NCBI GenBank assembly: GCA_902597015.1
Contig: CACJWQ010000003.1
Span: forward strand, 25,434-89,433
Length of the DNA: 64,000 bases
Reading direction: 5' to 3'
DNA from: an uncultured Alphaproteobacteria bacterium
GTDB lineage: Bacteria; Pseudomonadota; Alphaproteobacteria; HIMB59; GCA-002718135
Positions 38,717 through 48,706 of the stretch are shown here, piece by piece. The notes under the pieces were generated by a model, which worked only from the letters and a program-made list of their open reading frames with translations, did no database searches and was not told the origin of the DNA. The first letter of the stretch is position 1, and each line of letters opens with the position of its first letter. The position numbers and the translations under genes were made by a program.

Positions 38717-39594
38717 AGTTTGGCTTCCTTTAATTGTTTTATTTGTGATGGCAATGAAACAATCCCACTTAAAACAATAAATACTGCGCCAACATATGCA
38801 TAAAAATTCATATACTCATTAAAAATAAATATCCCTACTAATGATGACCATAGAACCTGAAGGTATACTAAACTAAATACAGAAGCATAATGTTTTTGAG
38901 CAATTTTAAATGCAGTTGTTGCAAAAAACATAGCGGAATTAATAAATAATGCAGCAGTTAAAATTAAGAAAAAATCAAAAAGAGATACTTTTAATGGATT
39001 CATTAAAAATAAGGGTATTGAAACAAAGTGAACAAAAAAACCACCATACAAGAAATAACCAATATTTGTTGTTACATAACTGTATTTATTTACAATAAAA
39101 GTTGTAACGGTAATTAGGAATACTCCAATGAGAACAATTAAATAATAAATATTAAAATTTTCAAATCCTGGTTGGATAACAAATATAACTCCTAAAAAAC
39201 CAATAAACAACGACACATAGGTCAATAAATTTAATTTTTCGTTTAATAAAAAAATAGCAAATATTGTTCCCATTAATGGTGCAGTCATATTTAAAGTTGT
39301 AAACTCTGGAAGTTTAATTTGTTCAAGTGTTATAAAGGCTATAAATGGTAGAGGAATATTTAAAAAACCTCTAAAAATTGGTGGAAAATAATTTGTACAT
39401 TTTACATGTTTTTTTAAAGTTCCATTAATTAAAAAATAAAATGGGAAACATAGAAAAATGGGTATTCCATAAAAAATGAAATGATAAAATTTTACATCTG
39501 TTTGTGATAGATAATTTATTATGGCGTCATTTGTTACAAAAAAAATTCCAGCAAAAAACAAAAGGATTGAAGAATAAATTATACTTTTTTTCAT
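38713..39594 (-). CDS. EamA/DMT transporter
   Basis: 10-TM pattern; LLNEKL, FVIQPG, IFNE. Confidence 0.85.
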   Translation of the reverse strand: MKKSIIYSSILLFFAGIFFVTNDAIINYLSQTDVKFYHFIFYGIPIFLCFPFYFLINGTLKKHVKCTNYFPPIFRGFLNIPLPFIAFITLEQIKLPEFTTLNMTAPLMGTIFAIFLLNEKLNLLTYVSLFIGFLGVIFVIQPGFENFNIYYLIVLIGVFLITVTTFIVNKYSYVTTNIGYFLYGGFFVHFVSIPLFLMNPLKVSLFDFFLILTAALFINSAMFFATTAFKIAQKHYASVFSLVYLQVLWSSLVGIFIFNEYMNFYAYVGAVFIVLSGIVSLPSQIKQLKEAKL

Positions 39595-39613
39595 AAATAA
39601 ATATTAATAAAGA

Positions 39614-40489
39614 TTATAAATCCTTAAGTTGTTTTTTTTGTGCTTGAAGAGATAGAATTCCACTTAATACAATTAAAGCCGCTCCTATTAAAGCGAATAA
39701 ATTAAGATATTCATTAAAAAAAATAATACCAATTAATAATGACCATAATATTTGTAAATAAAATAGTGAAAAAATTGATGAAAAATGATTTTTAGAATTT
39801 TGAAACGCATAAGTTACAAGATAAACACCCATCAAAACAATTAAACCAGCAAATAATGAAATAAAAAATAATTGGAAATTAATTAATGGATCAAATATAA
39901 ATAAAATAACAGAAACTAAATTTATAGGTACTAATCCATGTACAAAAAAACCTAAAGTAGTTGTAATATTAGAATATTTATTAGCCAAAAAACTCTGCAA
40001 AGCCAAAGTAAATGCACCATAAATGGGAAATAAATAATAAAAACTAAAATATTGAAAACCAGGTTGTATAATAAATATTACACCAATAAATCCTAAAAAA
40101 ATTGCAGATGTTGTAAAATAATTTATTTTTTCTCCTAAAAATAATATTGCTAGAATTGATCCTAAAATAGGTGAGATCATATTAAGTGTTGTCCATTCTG
40201 GTAAAGTAATATTTTGTAAACTTATAAATAACATATATGGCAAAGGTAAAAATAAAAACCCTCTTAATGTTAAAATTGAATAATTTGATGACCCTAAATA
40301 TGTTTTAATATTTCCTGTGAAGTATAAATATAAAAATAGTAAAATTAACCAAGGACTTCCAAAAAATACATGATGATAAAACTTAAACTCAATTTCTGTT
40401 AAATGATTTATTATTGCATCATGTATTACAAATAAACTTCCACCAAAAATTAATGACAAAGAACAATACAAAATTTTTTTATTAAACAT
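39614..40489 (-). CDS. EamA/DMT transporter (tandem paralog)
   Basis: FLGEKI, FIIQPG, FFNE; similar to 38713..39594. Confidence 0.85.
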   Translation of the reverse strand: MFNKKILYCSLSLIFGGSLFVIHDAIINHLTEIEFKFYHHVFFGSPWLILLFLYLYFTGNIKTYLGSSNYSILTLRGFLFLPLPYMLFISLQNITLPEWTTLNMISPILGSILAILFLGEKINYFTTSAIFLGFIGVIFIIQPGFQYFSFYYLFPIYGAFTLALQSFLANKYSNITTTLGFFVHGLVPINLVSVILFIFDPLINFQLFFISLFAGLIVLMGVYLVTYAFQNSKNHFSSIFSLFYLQILWSLLIGIIFFNEYLNLFALIGAALIVLSGILSLQAQKKQLKDL

Positions 40490-40545
40490 TAATTTTACTA
40501 TTTAGGGATTGTGTGAATATAAAAAGTACTTATATTGATAGTATA

Positions 40546-40842
40546 ATGAATACAAATGAAATAAAAACTTATCGTTTAATAATAAAAGGGAAAGTTCAAG
40601 GTGTTGGATTTAGACACTGGTTTAGTGATTTAGCTATTTCTTTAGGGTTAAATGGATACGTGCAAAATAAAGAAAGTAAAGACGAAGTAGAAGCTATTAT
40701 TCAAGGAGACATGCAAAGTATTCTATCTATTACAGAAAAAGCTAAAAATGGTCCTTCACTTGCATTGGTTGAGGGAGTTATTCCCAGCAGTATTATAAGT
40801 AATGTTAAGTACTCAGGTTTTATAGTTAAATATGAAAATTAA
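40546..40842 (+). CDS. acyP: Acylphosphatase
   Basis: IKGKVQGVGFR, GLNGYVQN, NGPSLA. ATG at 40546 preferred. Confidence 0.9.
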   Translation: MNTNEIKTYRLIIKGKVQGVGFRHWFSDLAISLGLNGYVQNKESKDEVEAIIQGDMQSILSITEKAKNGPSLALVEGVIPSSIISNVKYSGFIVKYEN

Positions 40843-42173
40843 TTAAAAACATGCTTTATAGTTTTATGAAGAGAATCAAATATCTCATCAATTTGAATTT
40901 TAGTAATTGTAAATTGAGGACACAAAACAATAGCAGGACCTAAAGGTCTGCAAATTAATCCATTATCAATTGATAAATTTGCAACTTTATCACCCATGTT
41001 AAGATGACCTTCAAATGGCTCTTTTGTATCTTTATCTTTTACCATTTCTAATGCAGCCATAAGACCTATACCTCTAGTTTCTCCAATATGTTGATAATCG
41101 TTAAATTCATTTAATCTTTCAAAAAAATAGGGCTCCATCAATTTTACATTATTTAATAAGCCCTCGTTCATAATTACATCTATAGCTTTTAGCGCTATTG
41201 CACATCCAACTGGATGACCACCAGCTGTAAAACCATGTGGAAATTCTTCTGCTTGTTCTGATACTTCAACAAATTTATCTGAAAATTCTTTATTAACTAT
41301 AACTGCACCCATAGGAAAGTATCCAGCTGTTAGACATTTAGATGAAATAATTATATCTGGTTTAATGTTGTAAGTTTGACAGCCCCATAAATTTCCAGTT
41401 CTACCAAACCCACAAATTACTTCATCTGCAATAAAAGGAATGTTATATTTTTTTAATATAGGTTGAACTAAATCAAAATACGATTTCGAAGGAGGTATAC
41501 AGCCACCTGCACCTTGAACAGGTTCTGCAACAAAACCTGCAATAGTTTCTGGATCTTCTTTAATGATTTTTTCTTCTAAATTTTTGGCCATCCTAAGAGA
41601 AAATTCTTCTTCCGTTTCATTCTCTAATCCATATTTCCAATAATGAGGACATTCAATATGAATAAATTCTTCAGATGGTAAACCAAACTCTTTATTATAT
41701 GGTTTAGCTGTCATTGAAGAAGCTCCTAAAGTAACGCCATGATATCCATTAATTCTTGTTATAATTTTTCGTCTTTTTGGCTTTCCAATTCTTGCATTTA
41801 ACATCCATAACATTTTGACCATGGTGTCGTTTGCTTCAGATCCTGAATTACAAAAGAATACACGACCTTGATCAAAAGGTGATACTTCAATAATTTTTTC
41901 AGATAGCTGCAACGTTTCTTCAGACAATCTTCCAAATAAAGAATGATAGCCAGCAAATTTTTCATACTGTTTTTTTGCAACTTCAATTAATCCAGGATGG
42001 TCAAAACCAGCACACTGATTCCATAGACCAGAATTCCCATCTAGATATTTATTACCTTTAGTATCGTAAACATATATTCCTTTTCCATAAGAAATAACTA
42101 AAGGGCCTCTTTCATTTAATGACTTCAAGTCAGTAAATCCATATAAATGGCTGGAAGTATTTCTTTGTAACAT
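40839..42173 (-). CDS. Class III omega-amine:pyruvate transaminase
   Basis: LYGFTD, YLDGNSGLWN, NSGSEANDT, DEVICGFGRTG, ISSKCLTAG, EEFPHGFT and ICRPLG closely resemble the Vibrio fluvialis omega-TA as remembered. Confidence 0.9.
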   Translation of the reverse strand: MLQRNTSSHLYGFTDLKSLNERGPLVISYGKGIYVYDTKGNKYLDGNSGLWNQCAGFDHPGLIEVAKKQYEKFAGYHSLFGRLSEETLQLSEKIIEVSPFDQGRVFFCNSGSEANDTMVKMLWMLNARIGKPKRRKIITRINGYHGVTLGASSMTAKPYNKEFGLPSEEFIHIECPHYWKYGLENETEEEFSLRMAKNLEEKIIKEDPETIAGFVAEPVQGAGGCIPPSKSYFDLVQPILKKYNIPFIADEVICGFGRTGNLWGCQTYNIKPDIIISSKCLTAGYFPMGAVIVNKEFSDKFVEVSEQAEEFPHGFTAGGHPVGCAIALKAIDVIMNEGLLNNVKLMEPYFFERLNEFNDYQHIGETRGIGLMAALEMVKDKDTKEPFEGHLNMGDKVANLSIDNGLICRPLGPAIVLCPQFTITKIQIDEIFDSLHKTIKHVFN

Positions 42174-42197
42174 ATCAGTTAAATATTTTTTTTTATT

Positions 42198-43091
42198 ATG
42201 AAAAGCAAGATTTTATTTTCAGTTGGGACGATTGGTGTACTTTTTATGATGGCTGGCCAATTATCATTCTCTATAAATGATAGTTATGTCAAACTTGTTG
42301 TAAAAAATATAGGTGATGACAATTCATTATATTCTGTAATTTTTTTAAGAGGTTTAGTTACATCAAGTCTATTAGGATTATATTTAATCTTTTTCGAAAA
42401 AAAGAATTTAATTAAAATATTATCAATCAAAAGTTTTCATATAAGAGGTTTGTATGAAGTTTTAACAGCATTATTTTTTTTGGTTGGATTAATATTACTT
42501 CCAATATCTGAGGTTTATACACTTTTAATGACTAATCCTTTTTTTGTAACAATTTTTGCATTTCTTTTTTTGGGAGAGAAAGTTGGAATAAGAAGATGGT
42601 GTGCTGTTATTATTGGTTTCTTAGGTGTGCTAGTAGTTGTAAATCCACAAAATTTTCAATTTAATTATCTTTTACTGTTACCTATTTTAGCTGCTATTTT
42701 TTTAACTATTAGAGATATTGCTACAAAAAGTTTGGCAACTAAATCAAATAGTGTTGAAATTACATTTGTGACAGCATTGTTAATTACTGGGTTTGCAGGG
42801 TTGGGTTCAATTATTTTTGGTTATCAAGTAAGCGGTGAAGATGTAAATTATATTCTTGCTTCTAGTATATTTGTTTTATTCGGATATTTATTTTCAGTAT
42901 TAACAGTTTTTTATGCACCACTCTCATTAACGGCCTCTGCAAGATACAGTGTGATTATATTTGGTATGATTTTTGGGTATTTAATACTAGGTGAAACTCC
43001 TACTTATAATATGATTGTAGGTGCAATTATTATTACATTAAGTGGTTTATTTGTAATCAAAAGAGAAAAAGAAATAGGTAAAATTAAATAA
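42198..43091 (+). CDS. EamA/DMT transporter
   Basis: IFLRG, FLGEKVGIRRW, GETP. Confidence 0.88.
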   Translation: MKSKILFSVGTIGVLFMMAGQLSFSINDSYVKLVVKNIGDDNSLYSVIFLRGLVTSSLLGLYLIFFEKKNLIKILSIKSFHIRGLYEVLTALFFLVGLILLPISEVYTLLMTNPFFVTIFAFLFLGEKVGIRRWCAVIIGFLGVLVVVNPQNFQFNYLLLLPILAAIFLTIRDIATKSLATKSNSVEITFVTALLITGFAGLGSIIFGYQVSGEDVNYILASSIFVLFGYLFSVLTVFYAPLSLTASARYSVIIFGMIFGYLILGETPTYNMIVGAIIITLSGLFVIKREKEIGKIK

Positions 43092-43095
43092 AAAT

Positions 43096-43539
43096 TTACT
43101 GATCCTTACAAAAATTATAAACTTCTTCAACATGACCTTTAACTTTAACTTTATTCCAAGAATTTAGAATTTTTCCATTTTTATCCATTACAAATGTAGA
43201 TCTATCTATCCCAAAATATTTTCTACCGTACATAGATTTTTCTATCCAAATACCAAGTTTATCACAATTTTTTCCTTCATCCGAACCAAGTGGGTATTTC
43301 AATTTATACTTATCTGAAAATTTTTTATTCCGATCAACAGAATCTTTAGAAGCTCCTATTACATCAAAGCCAATTTTATTAAATTTTGTTAAATATTTCT
43401 GAAAATCTGCGACTTCTACTGAGCATCCACCAGTTAACGCCTTAGGGTAAAAGAATAAAACTGTTTTATTCTTTAATTTAGATGAATCAAATTCATTGTC
43501 GTTTGTTAATTGTAGTTTTATTTTAGGAATTTTTTTCAT
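43096..43539 (-). CDS. bcp: Peroxiredoxin Bcp/PrxQ
   Basis: FFYPKALTGGCSVE, GASKD, EKSMYGRKY, RSTF, KVKVKGH. Confidence 0.9.
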   Translation of the reverse strand: MKKIPKIKLQLTNDNEFDSSKLKNKTVLFFYPKALTGGCSVEVADFQKYLTKFNKIGFDVIGASKDSVDRNKKFSDKYKLKYPLGSDEGKNCDKLGIWIEKSMYGRKYFGIDRSTFVMDKNGKILNSWNKVKVKGHVEEVYNFCKDQ

Positions 43540-43541
43540 AA

Positions 43542-44663
43542 TTATACTACTAGTTTAAGACCGTACCCGGTTTTTTTTACTCTTGTTTTAAAATAATTTT
43601 TATTAAATTTATTTAAGGTTGGCTTTGTATTTATTTGATTTTCAACTTTAATTCCAGCTTTCTTAATAGAATTTATTTTATTTTTATTATTTGTAATAAG
43701 ATTAACTTTATTTATTTTTAATAATTTCAGTATTCTAGCTGCAATATTAAAATCTCTTTCATCATCTAAAAAACCAATATTATGATCTGCGTCTATTGTA
43801 TCCATACCCCTTGCTTGAAGAGAATAGGCTCTCATTTTATTAGCTAATCCTATTCCTCTACCTTCTTGTTCTAAATATAATATAATTCCACCATTATTTC
43901 TAACCATGTAATTAATTGATTGATTTAACTGTTCACCGCAATCACATTTTAAAGAATGAAAAATATCACCTGTAAAACAAGCTGAATGTATTCTTAAATT
44001 AACAGATTTTTTATTTATTTTTTTTGGATTAACAATTATCGCTACATGTTTATCTGAGCCAATATATGATTTGAATATTTTAAAATTAGAATTTTCATTT
44101 TTTGGTAGTGGAACTTTTGCACTAGAAACTAATTTGATACTTTCACAAATTAATTCATTTTGCTTCAATAAATCTTTGTAATCAAATATTAAAATTCCAT
44201 TTTTAAATCCAAATTCATTTATATTTTTGTAATTTTTTTTATTAATTTTTTTAAAAACTAGCGATGGTATCATTTTAGCATTTTTGGAAAGATCAATACA
44301 AACATTATGAAAATTTTTAGCTTTGAATTTTTTAATGTTGGTAAATTTAATTACTTTATTATTGCTAAGAGGATTGACAAATAAATTTATTATTTGATTT
44401 ACATCTGTTTTGGGATTTATTTCAAAATAAATATTACTTTTAATATTCTTATTAAAAATTGATTGAGCTTTTTGTTTAGTAATAAGTAGATATTTTTCAT
44501 CAATTAAGTGCTTATTGAATTGATTAAAAATTTTACTTTGGGAATGCTCTATATTAAAGAACATCCAATATTCCTTGTTATTCTGAATTATTAAGGGTCT
44601 TCCGGTCCTGAGTTCGTTAATTGCCCTATCTACTATAGTTCCTGTATTAGATTTGAAACTCAT
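43542..44663 (-). CDS. ribA: GTP cyclohydrolase II with a degenerate RibB-like N-terminal domain
   Basis: RIHSACFTGD, SLKCDCG, EQEGRGIGLANKMRAY, DERD, LITNN. ATG at 44663 preferred. Confidence 0.92.
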   Translation of the reverse strand: MSFKSNTGTIVDRAINELRTGRPLIIQNNKEYWMFFNIEHSQSKIFNQFNKHLIDEKYLLITKQKAQSIFNKNIKSNIYFEINPKTDVNQIINLFVNPLSNNKVIKFTNIKKFKAKNFHNVCIDLSKNAKMIPSLVFKKINKKNYKNINEFGFKNGILIFDYKDLLKQNELICESIKLVSSAKVPLPKNENSNFKIFKSYIGSDKHVAIIVNPKKINKKSVNLRIHSACFTGDIFHSLKCDCGEQLNQSINYMVRNNGGIILYLEQEGRGIGLANKMRAYSLQARGMDTIDADHNIGFLDDERDFNIAARILKLLKINKVNLITNNKNKINSIKKAGIKVENQINTKPTLNKFNKNYFKTRVKKTGYGLKLVV

Positions 44664-44699
44664 GAAAACTTTATATAGATATAATTGAAATAAAAACAA

Positions 44700-45533
44700 A
44701 TGATTACATCAAAAAATATAGGAATTTTACTAGATTTTATAAAAAATTCTAAAAAGAATAGTGATTTATATTTATTGGTTAAAAAAAATAGTATTTCTTT
44801 ATCAACAAAAAGAAAAAGTAACTTTTACATAAAAAATAATAATCTGGAATCTAAAATTAATATAAGTAAATTTTATCAGTCAATCTTAAATATTCTTCTC
44901 CCAATATTAAGAAAAAACAAAAAATTAGTTATAGCTCAGATAGGACAAAGTATTGATGGTAGAATTGCATTAAATAATGGTAATTCACACTACATAAATA
45001 ATCCTAAGAGTATAATTTATCTGCATTGTTTACGAAGTATCAGTGATGCAATTATTGTAGGCTCAAATACCATTAAAAAAGACAATCCCCAATTAACAAC
45101 AAGAAAAATAAAGGGCACAAATCCAAAAAGAATTATTATCGATGGTAGTCTTTCGCTAAATAATAAATATAAAATATTTAATGACGGTAATGAAAATATA
45201 ATTTTTACAAAAAGTAATAAAAATATTAGATTGAATAATTCAACAATCATTAGATTAAAAGAAAAAAATTTTACTAAAAACTTAATTACGCAAATAAAAA
45301 AACTTAAATATAATAATATTTTAGTAGAGGGAGGATCAAAAACTATTTCAGAATTAATAAATAATAAATATATTGATATTCTTCAATTTATGATTGCCCC
45401 AATATTAATAGGTTCAGGAATTAATTCATTAAATTTAAAAGAAATTTCAAATCTCAATAAAGCTATCAGACCAAAACATAATTTTAATGAATTAGATAAT
45501 GAAATTATTGTTAATTTATTTCTTAATAGCTAA
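44700..45533 (+). CDS. RibD C-terminal-type (pyrimidine/pterin) reductase without a deaminase domain
   Basis: AQIGQSIDGRIA, HCLRSISDAIIVG, DNPQLTTR, LVEGG, APILIGSG. Confidence 0.85.
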   Translation: MITSKNIGILLDFIKNSKKNSDLYLLVKKNSISLSTKRKSNFYIKNNNLESKINISKFYQSILNILLPILRKNKKLVIAQIGQSIDGRIALNNGNSHYINNPKSIIYLHCLRSISDAIIVGSNTIKKDNPQLTTRKIKGTNPKRIIIDGSLSLNNKYKIFNDGNENIIFTKSNKNIRLNNSTIIRLKEKNFTKNLITQIKKLKYNNILVEGGSKTISELINNKYIDILQFMIAPILIGSGINSLNLKEISNLNKAIRPKHNFNELDNEIIVNLFLNS

Positions 45534-46304
45534 AAAATCTGTATTATTTAAAATAAATCTAGAATTTTTTTCTTTAATACTTTTTAAACGAAATTTTAAC
45601 CAATCATCAAATTTAAGTTTATTTTTTTGAATAATTTCTCTACAAAAATTTAAGAAATAAACTTGAAATTCATAATTTGTACTAACATCCCATGTAGAGT
45701 CTGAAACATATGTTTTGTGAGTCCTTTTAAATACTATATTTATTAATTCAGTACAATCTGGTCCAACAGCCAATTCCCCTATTCCTTTGTCAGATTTTTG
45801 ATCTTTATTAAAAATATTAAGAATTTTTTTATCATCCTTGTGTTTTGGAAAAAATTTAAAATTACCGTTATAATTTAAGGCAAAATAGACAATTTCTGTA
45901 TCAAGATTTAATTTATGAAAATTTTTAAACCATGTTTTTGGAAGAATATCTAAAAAAGCAGATCCTGTAACTAAATTATAATCATTAAAATTTATTTTTT
46001 CTAAATTATTAATTACATCAACAATTTTAAAATTAGTTTTTTTTATTTTAGAAGATAATTTTATATTTTTTTTAAAATAATTTGTTGATTGATGTGATAT
46101 GTCTACAAAAGACCAATATTGATTATTTAATAATCGTGACTTAAGAAATCTATAATTAGATCCAGCGCCTGAACCCAAATCAACTATTCTAATATTTTTT
46201 TTATTTTTAAAAAATTTATTAATTAAATATAGTATTCTTTGGTTTCGTGAATTTCTATCGACAGTTTCTCTAAGATTTAACCATTTATTTTGAAATTCAT
46301 GCAT
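45516..46304 (-). CDS. Class I SAM-dependent methyltransferase-like protein
   Basis: WLNLRETVDRNSR, IVDLGSGAGSNYRFL, LVTGSAFLD. Confidence 0.8.
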   Translation of the reverse strand: MHEFQNKWLNLRETVDRNSRNQRILYLINKFFKNKKNIRIVDLGSGAGSNYRFLKSRLLNNQYWSFVDISHQSTNYFKKNIKLSSKIKKTNFKIVDVINNLEKINFNDYNLVTGSAFLDILPKTWFKNFHKLNLDTEIVYFALNYNGNFKFFPKHKDDKKILNIFNKDQKSDKGIGELAVGPDCTELINIVFKRTHKTYVSDSTWDVSTNYEFQVYFLNFCREIIQKNKLKFDDWLKFRLKSIKEKNSRFILNNTDFLAIKK

Positions 46305-46305
46305 A

Positions 46306-47352
46306 TTAAATTAAATTAACAAATTTCTTAGCTGACTCTAGCGGAGTAAGAAGATATCTTTTGTTTTTATGAATATCAATATTTAGTTTATTAAAATTTT
46401 TTTTATTTAATATATTTTTAATGATTATATTTCTAAGATCATTTACTTCAAATTTTTTGAAATAAATAACACCCTTTTTTCCTAGTGTATTTAAGATAGT
46501 ATTAGTAAAAAAGGTTATAATTGGCTTTTTAATTATTAATGCATTTGCTAAAGACATTCCAAAACCTTCATATTTACTTACCGAAATGTAACAATCTGTT
46601 TTAGAATATAATTTAGCTAATTTTGTATCTGAAATAGTACCGTGGAATATTATTTTTCTGTTCATTGAATTTTTAGAAATAAATTTTTTGAGTTTTTTGT
46701 AATAACCTATATCTCTTGTAGTATCACCAACAATTTCTAAAATAAAATTATCTAAAGGCTTTAAAACTTTTAATAAAAAAAGATAATTTTTTCTATTTAT
46801 TATACTTCCACATGTTAAAAGATGAATTTTACTATTATTTTTAAAACTATAATTTGCTAGTCTTTCTATTCCAGGTTCAACTACAGATATTTTGTTATTT
46901 AGAACCTTAAATTCATTTATTAATAAATTTTTTGTATTTTTAGATGTAACAATAAATTTATTTATTTTTTTGAAATTTTCTTTTTCTAATCGTAAGAATT
47001 TTTTTGACCTTTGACCCTTAAATTCAAGATATAAAGGATGATGTATTAACGCGATGACATTATAAGTAAGTAATTTTTTAAAAATTGAATACATTCCTTC
47101 TAAAGCTAATCCATCTATGATAATTTTAGAGTCAGGATCAATTTTATCTAAAATTTTTAGAAAATATTTTATATCGTTATTTGTGGGAAAAGGATAATTT
47201 TCACTTAGAGAAATTGGTCTAATATTTATATCTCTTATCTTTGCATATTCTAGGATATTTTTTTCATAAATATATCCTCCAGTTTTTGCATTAATATTTC
47301 CTGGATAAACAAAATAAATATCAGATTTATTATTAGATAACCTCTTTTTCAT
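46306..47352 (-). CDS. GT4/GT-B glycosyltransferase
   Basis: TGGYIYE, IIDGLA, LIHHPL, VVEPG, YEGFGMSLANAL. Confidence 0.88.
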   Translation of the reverse strand: MKKRLSNNKSDIYFVYPGNINAKTGGYIYEKNILEYAKIRDINIRPISLSENYPFPTNNDIKYFLKILDKIDPDSKIIIDGLALEGMYSIFKKLLTYNVIALIHHPLYLEFKGQRSKKFLRLEKENFKKINKFIVTSKNTKNLLINEFKVLNNKISVVEPGIERLANYSFKNNSKIHLLTCGSIINRKNYLFLLKVLKPLDNFILEIVGDTTRDIGYYKKLKKFISKNSMNRKIIFHGTISDTKLAKLYSKTDCYISVSKYEGFGMSLANALIIKKPIITFFTNTILNTLGKKGVIYFKKFEVNDLRNIIIKNILNKKNFNKLNIDIHKNKRYLLTPLESAKKFVNLI

Positions 47353-47731
47353 ATGATGCCCATGCAACATTTGATTCTTGCAAGGTTATTTTAATTTTTT
47401 TTAAAGATTTATAATCTTCAGAGAATTCATTTCTTAGTCTATTCAAGATCTTATTGCAGATATCCTCTGCTAAAAACTCTGTTGAGGTAATTTTTCCCTT
47501 AAATTCATCAATTTCATCTAAATTTTGATAATTATATATTTTAAGAATATCTTTTAAAGTAGTGGACACTATTCCTAAATCCATAATTATATTGTATTTA
47601 TTAAGTTTATCAGTGAAAAATTCTGCATCTACTAAATATGTAGCTCCATGCATATTTTGGGCTGGTCCAAATACTTCTCCAGGTAAAGAATGAGCTATTA
47701 GAATATTTTCTCTTACTTTTATCGAATACAT
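47333..47731 (-). CDS. 6-pyruvoyl-tetrahydropterin synthase-like T-fold protein (COG0720, SCO6650/PTPS-IV type)
   Basis: IAHSLPGEVFGPAQNMHGATY, NYQNLD, STEFLA, LQESNVAWASY. Confidence 0.88.
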   Translation of the reverse strand: MYSIKVRENILIAHSLPGEVFGPAQNMHGATYLVDAEFFTDKLNKYNIIMDLGIVSTTLKDILKIYNYQNLDEIDEFKGKITSTEFLAEDICNKILNRLRNEFSEDYKSLKKIKITLQESNVAWASYEKEVI

Positions 47732-47733
47732 AA

Positions 47734-48693
47734 TTAATATTTAACTAGATGCATTATTGTATCCTTATTTTGAAGGATTTTATAGTAATCTTTTTCTAAA
47801 TCAAAAAAATTACTTTCACTAGTAATTAATTTTTCTAATTTTGAATTTTTTAAAGATTTAATTGCTAATTTTAATCTCCCCTCAAAATCATATTTATTTT
47901 TCATGTATTTTGGTATTTTAGATACCTGTGAGCTTATTATTTTTAATCTTTTAGAATGAAAATACCCACCGAGGGAAACTTCTCCTTTATTTTTACCATA
48001 CCAACTAGCTTCTACTATTTTTCCTTCGATAGATAATTTTTCCATTAAAGAATTTAAAACTTTATAATTAGCTGTAGTGTTTATTGCTACATCTATTTTC
48101 TCAATTTTTCTTATGTCAATAAAATTTAATCCTAAATAATTAGCAATTTTTCTTTTATTTTTATTATTATCAAAAACATAAACATCTTTATATCCATTAA
48201 TTTTAAAAAAAAATGCAGTTAATAATCCTACAGAGCCAAGCCCTACAATTAGAATTTTGTGATTACTTTTAGATTGAGCGTCCCAAAAGATATTAATTGC
48301 TGTTTCCATATTTGCAGTAAGAATATATTTTCTCAAATTTCCTTTTGGTAGAAAAATTAAATTTTGAATAGAAATTTCATATAAATCTTGATGGGGATAA
48401 AGACTAAATATTTTTTTATTTATATATTTCCTTGGACCATCGATAATATTCCCAACATTTATATAACCGTATTTTATAGGTAAATTAAAAGAACCCTCTT
48501 GAAATGGGGCTTTCATTAATTCAAATTGATCCTTACTTACGCTTTTAGATGAAACTAATTTTTCAGTTCCCTTGCTAATACCTGAGTAAATAGTTTTAAC
48601 TAAAACTGTTTTGTTATTTTTATTGTAAACAAGTTTTTTTTGATAAATTTTAGCTTGTTTTTTTTTATTAATCCATAAAGAATAAGATTTCAT
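47734..48693 (-). CDS. Zinc-binding (MDR) alcohol dehydrogenase-like protein
   Basis: YSGISKGTE, PIKYGYINVG, PHQD, ANMETA, GLGSVG, ASWYG, ISSQV. Confidence 0.85.
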   Translation of the reverse strand: MKSYSLWINKKKQAKIYQKKLVYNKNNKTVLVKTIYSGISKGTEKLVSSKSVSKDQFELMKAPFQEGSFNLPIKYGYINVGNIIDGPRKYINKKIFSLYPHQDLYEISIQNLIFLPKGNLRKYILTANMETAINIFWDAQSKSNHKILIVGLGSVGLLTAFFFKINGYKDVYVFDNNKNKRKIANYLGLNFIDIRKIEKIDVAINTTANYKVLNSLMEKLSIEGKIVEASWYGKNKGEVSLGGYFHSKRLKIISSQVSKIPKYMKNKYDFEGRLKLAIKSLKNSKLEKLITSESNFFDLEKDYYKILQNKDTIMHLVKY

Positions 48694-48706
48694 AATTTAC
48701 TTATAA

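Noticed and set aside
43542-44663. RibA as a FAPy-producing (GCH III-like) variant
   Set aside because: The Tyr in NKMRAY that marks canonical GCH II chemistry is retained.
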